Assembly: GCF_964204645.1 (NCBI RefSeq)
Contig: NC_134032.1
Span: forward strand, 7,552,275 to 7,616,274
DNA length: 64,000 nucleotides
Source of the DNA: Tubulanus polymorphus
Lineage: Eukaryota > Animalia > Nemertea
Direction: 5' to 3'
The translations under genes were made by a program, and so were the position numbers. Position 1 is the stretch's first letter, and each line of letters begins with the position of its first letter. Below the pieces are notes generated by a model. That model saw only the letters and a program-made list of their open reading frames with translations, did not search any database and was not told where the DNA came from. Positions 23,699-35,949 of this stretch are shown in pieces.

Positions 23699-24289
23699 AT
23701 GAATAAGGAATTATTCATATTTGAGCCTCATAATATGTTAATTTCTGGTGTAACAAATTGTGGAAAAACCTATTTTATATTAAATTTATTAGAAACTGTT
23801 TATAAAAACTATTTTGATAATATAGTATTATTTTGTCCAACATATGAATTTAATCAAACTTATGATAGAAATATTACTAGAAATAATAAATTTATTATAT
23901 TAAATCCTAAAACAGTAAAAGAAAATTTAGAAAATTGTATAAAAATAGCAATTGATACTTATAAAGGATCAAATACATTATTCATTATAGATGATTGTGC
24001 AAATTTACATGATTCAAAAGTTAGAGAAAGTGAGTTATGTTATCTAGCTTTTTCTGGTAGACATTTTGGGATAACAACTTGGGTTTTAAATCAAAAATAT
24101 AATTCAATTGTTAAAGACTTTAGAAAAAACATTAGATTTCTAGTTTTATTCTACAATAAAGATAGAAAATCGATGAAAAATGCATTTGAGGAAAATGATA
24201 TTATTCCACATGATTTACATAATGAATATATGGATAAGTTGAAAAATATTAAAAGATCAAAAAAACCGAGATCACAGCAAACAAATTGA
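23699..24289 (+). CDS. A32/FtsK-like genome packaging ATPase, element A (C-terminus lost by deletion)
   Basis: Walker A GVTNCGKT, Walker B FIIDD, GRHFGITT..LNQ. Confidence 0.9.
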   Translation: MNKELFIFEPHNMLISGVTNCGKTYFILNLLETVYKNYFDNIVLFCPTYEFNQTYDRNITRNNKFIILNPKTVKENLENCIKIAIDTYKGSNTLFIIDDCANLHDSKVRESELCYLAFSGRHFGITTWVLNQKYNSIVKDFRKNIRFLVLFYNKDRKSMKNAFEENDIIPHDLHNEYMDKLKNIKRSKKPRSQQTN

Positions 24290-24590
24290 ATGGTCTCGGC
24301 AATTAGGAATTAAATCACAAGAATATAAAAAAGCTGTAAAAGAAAAAATAAGAAATAAAAATGTTAATAAAAATGGTGAAAATATTGTTATTTCTACTCC
24401 TTCTAATAATAGAATATTTGATAAATGTATATATTTTACAGTTGGATTTGTAACTGTATTCATTTTAATTGGGCGTAATTGGTATAAGAAATCAAATAAA
24501 ATTCATGGTATTAATAATTCTGAAACAACTGCTATCAAAAATGAAAATACTTCTGAAATTCCAAAATTGACAATAAAAAAAATGGATTAA
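24260..24590 (+). pseudogene. Remnant homolog of the 119-aa TM protein 38007-38366
   Basis: KKPRSQ..QIEWSRQLG...TM...KKMD matches KKARSEKQIKWARELG...TM...LLMD. Confidence 0.65.
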
Positions 24591-25510
24591 TATTTTAGAA
24601 AAAAAGCAAAAAATAATTTTTTTTAATGAATTGAATATCTCACTACTATTGTTTATCTATAGGAGCAGTAATTATAACTGTCCAGATAAGTCATTTCGGA
24701 TTCTTGATCTCATCTAAATCCTCAAACTGAAAATAAATTCAAAGAAACGACTGGTGGAAATACTATTTCATAAACACATATATTTTATTCTACAATCATT
24801 ATCGATTTCCACATTCCTCACCGGGCGTTTGAGGCCCGGCAAGTTATGCGTGGAATGCAGGAATCAATAAAGTACAATACAACATCTGTCACTGTGTGTC
24901 ATTAACAACAGCTTAATGACGCAATTGAAATTCCGGCAAACGTAATGCATTGAAAGTCTATACAGTATGGCTAAACTGCTACAGTCTCATGAATTGAAAT
25001 ATCCGTAATTTCTGATTTTACATCCTTCCATATTCACTTTCTTGATTCAATGGTCTTCATTTTGTTATCTAAAAGATAAATATCTAGCGTAGAATAAAAC
25101 TAACTTGAAGTTGTAGTTGTAAAATATTAATTACAACACTTAAACATGGCCATTTTGTGGCGCATCTTACCAGGATAAGTTTTACATGTTTAACGTTTCC
25201 CGGCGCTTAATAACAACAAAAACAGTACTTACATTTATAACTGTAAACTCCTAAAATTGTTTTTATAGAGAGAATATCCTATGCGTTCCTATGCTCATGT
25301 GTGTGTTGTATGTACTGCGTGCTTATTTTATAACTGCTAGTTATCCAATATAACAACAACGTTGTGCAACACCTGTTTGATTGATCAATATTCAAATGAA
25401 GCACTCTCTTATAATAAAATGTAACAGATGTTTGACTGTATGATTGTAGTTGTTTATAAAACGACTAAGGTCATTTTGGATTCTAGATATTCATTATTTT
25501 TATTTTTTAT

Positions 25511-25833
25511 TTAATCAACAATTTCTAAATCATGATGACCGTCTTCATTTTTCCCATGGTAGATTATTTTAAATCCTTCTAAATCTTTTAATTCCTCTGT
25601 ACTCAATGAAACCCATTTATCAGATGAAAATACTTTAAATTCTCGTGATGTACTAACATTGCAGTAGCTTAAATTAGCTGATACTTTCCATATTTAGTTT
25701 TTATCTTTTCTAATTTCAATATTTTATGTTCAATTTCTTTTGTAACATCAACTAACTTTTTTATTTCAAATTGTTTTTTTGCTGGTTTTATTCTGTTATT
25801 TATTGTTGCTAAGAATGGTTTTCTATCTCCCAT
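25511..25833 (-). pseudogene. Frameshifted homolog of the 117-aa protein 47549-47902
   Basis: Starts at the TIR TAAATG; TKYG...LSTEELKDL...IIYHGKNEDGHHDLEIVD matches NNYG...LSSEDLEEL...FVYKGKNEKGHHEIDFE. Absent from the ORF track. Confidence 0.7.
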
Positions 25834-25918
25834 TTATTAGGGGAAAAAATTACTTGTGGTGATGAGTGGTGTCTCGACCGCTCGACCTCTGATCTGAAAC
25901 CCACATCTTCCAATTACT
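25831..25918 (-). repeat. Right TIR of element A
   Basis: Reverse complement of 8885-8972, followed by TSD GCTATT. Confidence 0.95.
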
Positions 25919-28900
25919 GCTATTGTTAAAATTACTGTTTGAAGACCGCGGCTGAATGTGAAGTCTGCGGCAATAAATTAGTTCATTTATACTTGAATTG
26001 ATAATCGAAGTGACAATCGGCCTGCGGGTTGATATGGGGATGACGACTCGAAAAACATGTCGCCCCATTGAATGGGGCTAAATTTTCGATGTTTACGGCC
26101 CGACAGTGCTTTTGTAACGATGATTCGTGAAAAAACACGCGGAGTATTTGTAGATCTCAGTGACCTGAACGATATCATACGGATTGTATCGACAACAGCG
26201 GCAAGGTAACAAAGCCTATGTTCTTTTGGTAAAAATAGTGTGGAAGAAAATAATAATAATAAATATAGCTGCAAAGCAGCGATAACGGGTTTTCTGCACA
26301 GTCTTAGAATCCTGTTCAACGGTGTATTTCGACAAAGCATTTGATAAGGCACAACATCAGCCATTACTAAACAGGCTATTAGGAAACAGTAACAATGATA
26401 GGTCGCCCAAATGGCTCAGCAGTTATCTCTGAACGAAAACTTGTAGCCTAAATCAACGGAACGCCTCATCTTGGAATACGTCGGTAAAACTAGTGGAGTC
26501 ACGCAAGGTAGTATCCTAAGTTGTCTCCTGTTTAATGTCCTGACAAATGACATACGCAGTAATCCAACATATACCAGACTGAGTAAATTTCCAAATCGAC
26601 CTTAACACGCTGTTCGACCAAAAACTTAATGTCCAACTTAATGTCCTTAACTCCAAGAAGAAAATCTTGTTCGAATGAAAATAATTCTGTTTGATCGAAC
26701 AATACGCTTTTTGCTTGAACCAACAATTTTCTTCATTCTGACAAAAAAATGTGTTCGAATAAAAAGCTATGTTATTGTTGAAATGAAAATTTTTTTGTCC
26801 CGGCAAAAAAATTTGGTTGAGCGAAAACAATTTTTTCGAACGAATGTTTGAATGAAAACGATTCTGTTCGATTGAACGAAATACTTAATACTTTCGGTTA
26901 AGAGAAAAAATTTTTTTCAATATACTTGTTCGAACGAAAAATTTAATGTTCTGACAAGAAAATTCTGTTCAAATTAAAACGATTCTGTTTGATCGAATGA
27001 TTGTTCGAACGAAAAACCTTTCGTTTGGAAAGAAAAAGTTTGTTCAACTTTGTTCTAACGATTTTTTCAAATTGGTTCAATTGAATAGAATATTATTGGT
27101 TCGAACGAAATAAATTTTGTTGCGACGAAAGAATTTTCAAGCAAAAGGTCTTTTGAACGAAAAAAAAGATACTTCTGGTGCTCCGCAGTAACTTAAAGCC
27201 GGACGTAGGTTGGTCTTGCGACGCGATGCGATCCTCGTATTGCATTTTAATAAATTTGATTCCTCCTTTACAGTGAACTAAGCTTTAACCTAGTAGAGGC
27301 TACTAGCCTATGTAAACCTATGTATATGCGTAGACCTAACATCTGGACAGATTGGTCGTAGGCCTATTGAATAACAACCCACCTAAATATCGTAAATTTT
27401 GTTTTGAAGTTCAATCTAATGAGTCCGTTAATAAACGCAACAATTATACTGTCTTTGTTTGAGACGGTAAAGCTCAGTACCGGTAGGGCTAAAGCCGCAT
27501 AAAACTCGATAAACACTTCAAGCGGCACAGCGAACGATCTCTTTTCCCCCACAGCGAACACTTACTCCGAAGGTCAAGTGTGAGTCCAGCATACGGAAGA
27601 GTGTGTTATATACTTGTATTTAATAAATACCTTGTGCATTTGACAATGATCGGTATGTACTGTACGAAATATCGAGTATTGATGGTATTGATATAGAGTT
27701 TGAAGCCCGCGGCCGAATGAATAATATGTTCTTTTATTTTGATACCTCTTCGACATAACAGCTTTACTCCGCACTATATATCTCTTCGTCGTGTTTCGTT
27801 TAGGCCTTCGACTCCCCGGTAAACTTATGATTATCTTAGTAAATACACGGTTAATTTGGTAAAGAAAAATAGGTATTGTTAAACTAACTGCTTGAAGCCC
27901 GCAACCAAATCACTGGTAGTAATAAATTAATTTGTACTCGATTCGATTCTCATGATGAGGTGAAACTCGCAGCTGATCCCCGGAACGACGATGTAGTGAC
28001 ACACGTCGATTCGTCGATGTTTACGGCTCGACAGTGCTTTTAAAATCTAAAGTAGTAAATTTCCAGTATATCGGTAATATGATTTGATGAGGAAAATGGG
28101 CTATTGTTAAAATTAGTTTTTAAAAACCGCGACAGAATGTGCAATCTTTGGGTAATAAATTTGTTTATTTATGCCTGAATTGATAATCGACGTGACAAGA
28201 AACGTGCGGTAGATTTCGGAAAGACGACATGTCGGCTCATTTGAATGAGGCTAAATTTTCGTTGTTTACGGCCCGACAGTGCTTTTGTAACGTTGATTCT
28301 TCAAAATTCGCACGGAGTATTTGAAGATCGAAGTGAGCTGAATGATATCAGACGGATTGTATCGCCAACAGCGGTAATGTAAAAAAACCTATGTACTTTT
28401 GACAAAAAAAGTGTGGAAAAAAATAATAATAAATATAGCTGCAAAGCAGCGATAACGGGTTTCTGCCTTGCTGGATGAGGAGCGCCACCTAGGGGTCAGC
28501 TGATAACATAGCTATGTTGATTCACATGGGATACTACGCGAAAAGTTCTAATGTACCAAGGTTAGGGGATATGACACCGAGAATAACGAAGATACGGTAC
28601 TTTTACCATGCCCAAGTGGCCGGGAATTTGCCGGTTAGCATACTACTGAATTACAATCGAAAAAACTGATGCTAGAATGAGTTTTCAACATTAACACCCC
28701 CTAGTGGTTAGAATAGGAACTAATTATGTTAGGGATTCGCTGTATCTTATATCCAGGTACATGTATATCAATTTTCAAATGGCTCAGCAGTTATCTCTGA
28801 ACGAAAACTTGTAGCCGAAATCAACGGAACGCCTCATCTTGGAATAAGTCGGTCAAACTAGTGGAGTCACGCAAGGTAGTAGCCTATGTTGTCTTCTGTT

Positions 28901-29740
28901 TATTGTCCTGACAAATGGCATACACAGTAATCCAACATATACCAGACCGAGTAAATTTCCAAATCGACCTGAACACCCTGTTCGACCAAAAAACTTAATG
29001 TTCCAACAAGAAAATCTTGTTCGAATGAAAATAATTCTGTTTGATCGAACAATACGCTTTTTGCTTGAACCAAAAATTTTCTTCATTCTGACAAAAAATG
29101 TGTTCGAATAAAAAGCTATGTTATTGTTGAAATGAAAAATTTTAAATCCCGGCAAAAAAATTTGGTCGAGCGAAAACAATTTTTTCGAACGAATGTTTGA
29201 ATGAAAACAATTCTGTTCGATTGAACGAAATACTTCATACATTTGGTTCGGAGAAAAAACTTTTTTCAATATACTTGTTCGAACGAAAAATTTAATGTTC
29301 TGACAAGAAAATTCTGTTCAAATTAAAAAAGATTCTGTTCAATTGAACGATTGTTCGAACGAAAAACCTTTCGTTTGGACAAAAAAAAGTTTGTTCAACT
29401 TTGTTCTTACGATTTTTTCAAATTGGTTCAATCGAATAGAATATTATTGGTTCGAACGAAATAAATTTTGTCTCGACGAAAGAATTTTCAAGCGAAAGGT
29501 CTTTTGAACGAAAAAAAAGATATTTCTGGTGCTCCGCAGTAACTTAAAGCCGGACGTAGGTTGGTCTTGTGACACGATGTGATCCTCGCGTTGCATCGCA
29601 AGTTTCGGTGCAAGTCGGTTGCAATACGATTGTGTGCGACTAGTTCCTGCCAGTCGCAAGAGCGCGTCGGTTGGTTGTGACAGTCGTGTCGCGTCGCAGA
29701 AAGTAGAACACGTACGACTCCATGTGACTGGCGTTGCTGA
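25919..29740 (+). repeat. Host composite macrosatellite (units about 2.2-2.7 kb)
   Basis: Same ordered blocks recur at about 8830-8884/25919, 27950, 55950 and 58640 (marker gaaactcgcagctgatccccggaacg); includes GTTCGAACGAAA-rich tract and RT fragment. Confidence 0.85.
26325..26560 (+). pseudogene. Degenerate CR1/L2-like non-LTR RT fragment inside the macrosatellite unit
   Basis: FDKAFDK..HQPLL...WLSSYL...INGT...TSGVTQGSIL..LLFN...ND; further copies at about 28780-28930, 52350-52585 and 56625-56860. Confidence 0.7.
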
Positions 29741-30169
29741 AAGATGAGGACGCCAGTGATATGACGACTGAGTTTCAAGTCGTCAAAACGTCACGATATG
29801 TCGACGTATTCATGTCAACTTGATGCAATATATCGACATAAATATGGCGACTTGTCGAGTTGGAACACGACAACTCGAGGCCCTTTATCGCTTTAATATC
29901 ACTTTAAAAAAAATAATCTGCCAAAATGACCTCAATATTCGACACTCTATCTACGGAAGCGATAAGCGGCCTTGAGATGTCGCATTCCAACTTGACAAGT
30001 CGCCATATTTATGTCGACATACCGCGATATATCGCGTCAAGTCGACATGAATATGTCGATATATCGTGACGTTTTGACGACATATTTCGTTTTCTCGACC
30101 ATTTTCCTCGCGACAATTTGACATATTCATGACGACTTGAAACTCAGTCATTACTGGCGTCCTCATCTT
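29741..30169. mobile_element. MITE-like element with terminal inverted repeats (second copy about 32074-32550)
   Basis: AAGATGAGGACGCCAGT...ACTGGCGTCCTCATCTT termini and long internal inverted arms. Confidence 0.6.
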
Positions 30170-30458
30170 ACATTTAGACATGTCTTCAAATGACAGCTTG
30201 TCCCGTGGAAAAAGAGCAAAAAAGCGAAATTTGTTGTGAAAACGTCACGATATGTAGACATATTCATGTGGACTTGACGCGATATATCGCGATATATCGA
30301 CATAAACATGGCGACTTGTCGAGTTTGAACCCGACAACTCGAGGCCCTTTATCGCTTCCGTACTACCGGTATATCAGATTAATCGACTTCAAAATAGGCG
30401 AAAGCATAAGTCTTCATTACGTTATTAATTGGCCTAATTATTCAAAAGCTAATAAAGT

Positions 30459-31545
30459 GGGCGACAAAACCAAAGAAAATTAATTGTCGCGGGCGATGAA
30501 ACCAAAATAATCAATTGTCGCGGGCGATAAAACCAATATAATCAATTGTCGCTGGCGATAAAACCAAAATATTGAATTGTCGCGGGCGACAAAACCAAAA
30601 AAATGAATTGTCGGGGGCGATAAAACCAAAATAATGAATTGTCGCTGGTGATAAAACCAAAATATTGAATTGTCGCAGGTGATAAAACCAAAATATTGAA
30701 GTGTCGCAGGCGATAAAACCGCGACAAAAAAAAATTGTCACGGGCGATAAAACCAAAATAATGAATTGTCGCGTGCGACAAAACCAAAATAATGAACTGT
30801 CGCGGTGAAAACCAAAATAATGAATTGTCGCGGGCGATAAAACCAATATAATCAATTGTCGCTGGCGATAAAACCAAAATATAGAATTGTCGCGGGTGAT
30901 AAAACCAAAATAATGAATTGTCGCGGGCGATAAAACCAAAATAATGAATTGTCGCGGGTGATAAAACCAAAATAATGAATTGTCGCAGGCGATAAAACCG
31001 TGACAAAAAAAAAATTGTCGCGGGCGATAAAACCAAAATAATGAATTGTCGCAGGCGATAAAACCAAAATATTGAAGTGTCGCAGGCAAAAAAACCGCGA
31101 CAAAAAAAAAATTGTCGCGGGCGATAAAACCAAAATAATGAATTGTCGCGTGCGACAAAACCAAAATAATGAATTGTCGCGGCGATAAAACCAAAATAAT
31201 GAATTGTCGCGGTGATAAAACCAAAATAATGAATTGTCGCGGGCGACAAAACCAAAATATTGAATTGTCGCGGGCGACAAAACCAAACTAATGAATTGTT
31301 GCGGGCGATAAAACCAAAATATTGAATTGTCGCGGGCGATAAAACCAAAATATTGAAGTGTCGCAGGCGATAAAACGGCGACAAAAAAAAAATTGTCGCG
31401 GGTGATAAAACCAAAATAATGAATTGTCGCGTGCAACAAAACCAAAATAATGAACTGTCGCGGGCGATAAAACCAAAATAATGAATTGTCGCGGGCGATA
31501 AAACCAAAATAATGAATTGTCGCGGGCGACAAAACCAAAATTATT
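30459..31545. repeat. 31-bp satellite array
   Basis: Unit AATTGTCGCGGGCGAYAAAACCAAAATAATG, head to tail, no spacers. Confidence 0.95.
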
Positions 31546-32839
31546 GTTTTGTCGTGTTATTTTAGTTTTTTGTCGTTTTGTCATAATGTCGCCCTTTTTT
31601 CAATATACTTGTTCGAACGAAAAACTTAATGTTCTGACAAGAAAATTCTGTTCAAATTAAAACGATTCTATTCGATTGAACGATTGTTGAACGAAAAACC
31701 TTTCGTTTGGACAAAAAAAAGTTTGTTCAACTTTGTTCTAACGATTTTCTCCAGTTGGTTCAATCGAATAGAATATTATTGGTTCCAACGAAATAAATTT
31801 TGTTCTGACGAAAGAATTTTCGAGCGAAAGGTCTTTTGAACGAAAAAAAAAGATATTTCTGGTGCTCCGCAGTAACTTAAAGCCGGACGTAGGTTGGTCT
31901 TGTAACACGATGCGATCCTCGCGTTGCATCGCAAGTTTCGGTGCAAGTCGGTTGCAATACGATTGTGTGCGACAAGTTTCTGCCAGTCGCAAGCGCGCGT
32001 CGGTTGGTTGTGACAGTCGTGTCGCGTCGCAGAAAGTAGAACACGTACGACTCCATGTGACTGGCGTTGCTGAAAGATGAGGACGCCAGTGATATGACGA
32101 CTGAGTTTCAAGTCGTCAAAACGTCACGATATGTCGACATATTCATGTCGACTTGATGCGATATATCGACATAAATATGGCGACTTGTCGAGTTGGAACA
32201 CGACAACTCGAGGCCCTTTATCGCTTCCTTAGATCTTTTATTAAGTAGGATCACTTGACTGATCGCTTTAATATCACTTTAAAAAAAAATAATCTGCCAA
32301 AATGACCTCAATATTCGACACTCTATCTACGGAAGCGATAAGGGGCCTTGAGATGTCGCATTCCAACTTGACAAGTCGCCATATTTATGTCGACATACCG
32401 CGATATATCGCGTCAAGTCGACATGAATATGTCGATATATCGTGACGTTTTGACGACATATTTCGTTTTCTCGACCATTTTCCTCGCGACAATTTGACAT
32501 ATTCATGACGACTTGAAACTCAGTCGTCATATTACGGGCGTCCTCATCTTACATTTAGACATGTCTTCAAATGACAGCTTGTCTCGTGGAAAATGAGCAA
32601 AAAAGCGAAATTTGTTGTGAAAACGTCACGATATGTAGACATATTCATGTGGACTTGACGCGATATATCGCGATATATCGACATAAACATGGCGACTTGT
32701 CGAGTTTGAACCCGACAACTCGAGGCCCTTTATCGCTTCCGTACTACCGGTATTTCAGATTAATCGACTTCAAAATAGGCGAAAGCATAAGTCTTTATTA
32801 CGTTATTAATTGGCCTAATTATTCAAAAGCTAATAAAGT

Positions 32840-34240
32840 GGGCGACAAAACCAAAAAAATTAATTGTCGCGGGCAATGAAACCAAAATAATCAATTGTCG
32901 CGGGCGATAAAACCAATATAATCAATTGTCGCTGGCGATAAAACCAAAATATTGAATTGTCGCGGGCGACAAAACCAAAAAAATGAATTGTCGCGGGCGA
33001 TAAAACCAAAATCTTGAATTGTTGCGGGCGACAAAACCAAAATATTGAATTGTCGCGGGCGACAAAACCAAACTAATGAATTGTCGCGGGCGATAAAACC
33101 AAAATAATGAATTGTCGCTGGCGATAAAACCAAAATATTGAATTGTCGCAGACGATAAAACCAAAATCTTGAATTGTCGCGTGGGACAAAACCAAAATAT
33201 TGAATTGTCGCCGGCGATAAAACCAAAATAATGAATTGACGCTGGCGATAAAACCAAAATATTGAATTGTCGCCAGCGATAAAACCAAAATAATGAATTG
33301 ACGCTGGCGATAAAACCAAAATATTGAATTGTCGCAGGCGATAAAACCAAAATATTTAAGTATCGCAGGCGATAAAACCGCGACAAAAAAAAATAATTGT
33401 CGCAGGCGATAAAACCAAAATAATGAATTGTCGCGGGCGATAAAACCAAAATATTGAATTGTTGTGGGCCACAAAACCAAAATATTGATTTGTCGAGGGT
33501 GACAAAACCAAATTAATGAATTGTCACGGGCAATAAAACCAAAATAATGAATTGTCGCGGGCGATAAAACCATAATAATCAATTGTCGCTGACGATAAAA
33601 CCAAAATATTGAATTGTCGCGGGCGATAAAACCAAAATCTTGAATTGTCGCGGGCGACAAAGCCAAAATATTGGATTGTCGCGGGCGACAAAAACCAAAC
33701 TAATGAATTGTTGCGGGCGATAAAACCATAATAATGAATTGTCGCGGGCGATAAAACCAAAATAATGAATTGTCGCGGGCGATAAAACCAAAATATTGAA
33801 TTGTCGTGGGCGACAAAACCAAAATATTGATTTGTCGCGGGTGACAAAACCAAATTAATGAATTGTCACGGGCGATAAAACCTAAATAATGAATTGTCGC
33901 TGGCGATAAAACCAAAATATTGAATTGTCGCAGGCGATAAAACCAAAATATTGAATTGTCGCGTGGGACAAAACCAAAATATTGAAGTGTCCTGGGCGAT
34001 AGAACCAAAATAATGAATTGTCGCGGGCGATAAAACCAAAATAATGAATTGTCGCTGGCGATAAAACCAAAATATTGAATTGTCGCAGGCGATAAAACCA
34101 AAATATTGAAGTGTCGCAGGCGATAAAACCGCGACAAAAAAAAATAATTGTCGCAGGCGATAAAACCAAAAAAATGAATTGTCGCGGGCGATAAAACCAA
34201 AATAATGAATTGTCACGGGCGACAAAACCAAAATTATTGT
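32840..34240. repeat. 31-bp satellite array
   Basis: Same unit as 30459-31545. Confidence 0.95.
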
Positions 34241-34561
34241 TTTGTCGCGTTATTTCAGTTTTGGCGTTTTGTCATAATGTCGCCCTCATTTGCATATACG
34301 TGTTTTTTTTTACGCATGGCCCTTATCAGCCACCATACTAAAGCCTTAAGGTCGCGTAAAACTCGATAAACACTTCAAGCGACACAGCGAACGATCTCCT
34401 TTCCCCCACAGTGAACGCTTAACCTAGTAGAGGCTACTAGCCTAGGTAGGCCTATGTATATCCGTAGGCCTAACATCCGGACAGATTGGTCGTAGGCCTA
34501 TTGAATAACAACCCACCTGAATATCGAAAATTTTGTTTTGAAGTTCAATCCAATGAGTCCG

Positions 34562-34956
34562 AGTAATAGGGAATATGTTGTTTCAGGCCAAAGGTCGAAC
34601 GGTCGAGCTCATTAAAAAACAAAACATTAAAAGTAATTAAAAACTATAATATATTTTCATAACCGAGCGCATTTTATATTATAACTAAATATTTATTCTA
34701 AGATATCAATAATTTAAATAGCATATTGTATTAAATCAATTGGTCGCTCCACTTCGCTACCGCTCCGCTCCGCGACCAATTGATTTATTTACAATACACA
34801 AATTCATATAATCAAATATATTCAAATAATAATAATATTCAACTGAAATACACACGGTTATGAAAATATATTATAGTTTTTAATTACTTTTAATATTTGT
34901 TATTAATGAACTCGACCATTCAACCTTTAACCTGAAACAACATATTCCCTATTACT
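34562..34956. repeat. Terminal ~395-bp imperfect palindrome of element B
   Basis: AGTAATAGGGAATATGTTGTTTCAGG...CCTGAAACAACATATTCCCTATTACT with apex stem AAATCAATTGGTCGC...GCGACCAATTGATTT. Confidence 0.9.
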
Positions 34957-35949
34957 CTTAAAATATTCATATATATGAATAAAATATAAATCATTGAACT
35001 TCTAAAATCAATTTTAATAAAAAATTTAGTATTAAAATGGAAGCAAATAAGTACTACTGTCCAACATGTAATATCAATATAGATAAATCCCAAAAGCAAG
35101 ACACAATAAAACTAAAACACATTTAGAGAATAAATTGAAACTAGATTTACAGTTATATTTAGAACAGTTAACAAAGGCAAAGAAATTTATTGATCAATGG
35201 AATAATGATCCAAATAATGAACAATACGTTGAGGAATTTGATATCAAGGATCCGATGTTTATACTAGAACATGATTTTATTTGAACCTATATACATTCAA
35301 TGTAAAGAGCTATGGAATACATCTATAAATTCACAGCTGTTACAGCTGTTACTATGACGCCGAGACTTATGACTCATTATTACAAACGTGCAGAGAACAC
35401 TCTAGAACCGGAACCAGATGACGTGGCAAGAAATGAACATACGCTGTAACATTGTGCTCAGGATATTCTATCTCTCGAAACGAAATTAGGAGTTTATAGT
35501 TTACAATTCTAAATCTAAATGTAAGTACTGTTTGTTGTAGTTATTAGGGCTATTAAATATGAAACCTTTAGATATATTTAATTGTATTTAGTATATCTTT
35601 TAGATGGCTAGAGTTGCCGCTAATATCTTTTAGATTAATAAAACGCCATACGCATCAAGAAGTGATAGAGAAACTCAAGATACTCTTTCTGACTGAGGAA
35701 TCAACAGCAATGGATATCAAACCAATAGAATCGCCAAAAGATCGTCGAAGAAACTATATAAGAATTTCAAAAACATTATGACTCCAATGATTAAGTTAAA
35801 CATTTGTTGATGTAGTTAAATATTTACCAACAATTGAAAAAATGTTTGTAATTATAAATTGTATTTATAGAAATCAAATGATGTATTGGAAGAAACGGCC
35901 GAACAACTTGTATAATGTATTGTGTAAATCTGTTTGGTGAATTTTTATG

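Larger units (their letters stand above)
8885..25918 (+). mobile_element. Maverick/Polinton-type endogenous viral element A (17,034 bp, both ends intact, genes decayed)
   Basis: TIRs begin AGTAAT; 6-bp TSD GCTATT at 8879-8884 and 25919-25924; empty site gaaaatgggctattgttaaa seen at about 28092, 56091 and 58782; contains pPolB, capsid, integrase and ATPase genes. Confidence 0.95.
29262..34286 (+). repeat. Tandem duplication (about 29262-31594 and 31595-34286)
   Basis: Both units run from ttttttcaatatacttgttcgaacg to tcataatgtcgccc with the same internal order; they differ mainly in satellite copy number. Confidence 0.85.

Noticed and set aside
30511-34231. Long repetitive minus-strand ORFs (VLSPATIHYFGFIARDN...), also 52652-55694
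   Set aside because: They arise from translating a stop-poor satellite in all three frames.
30459-34240. CRISPR-like array of ~31-bp partly palindromic repeats (also 52.7-55.6 kb)
   Set aside because: Units are contiguous with no unique spacers, there are no cas genes, and the context is eukaryotic; this is a satellite.
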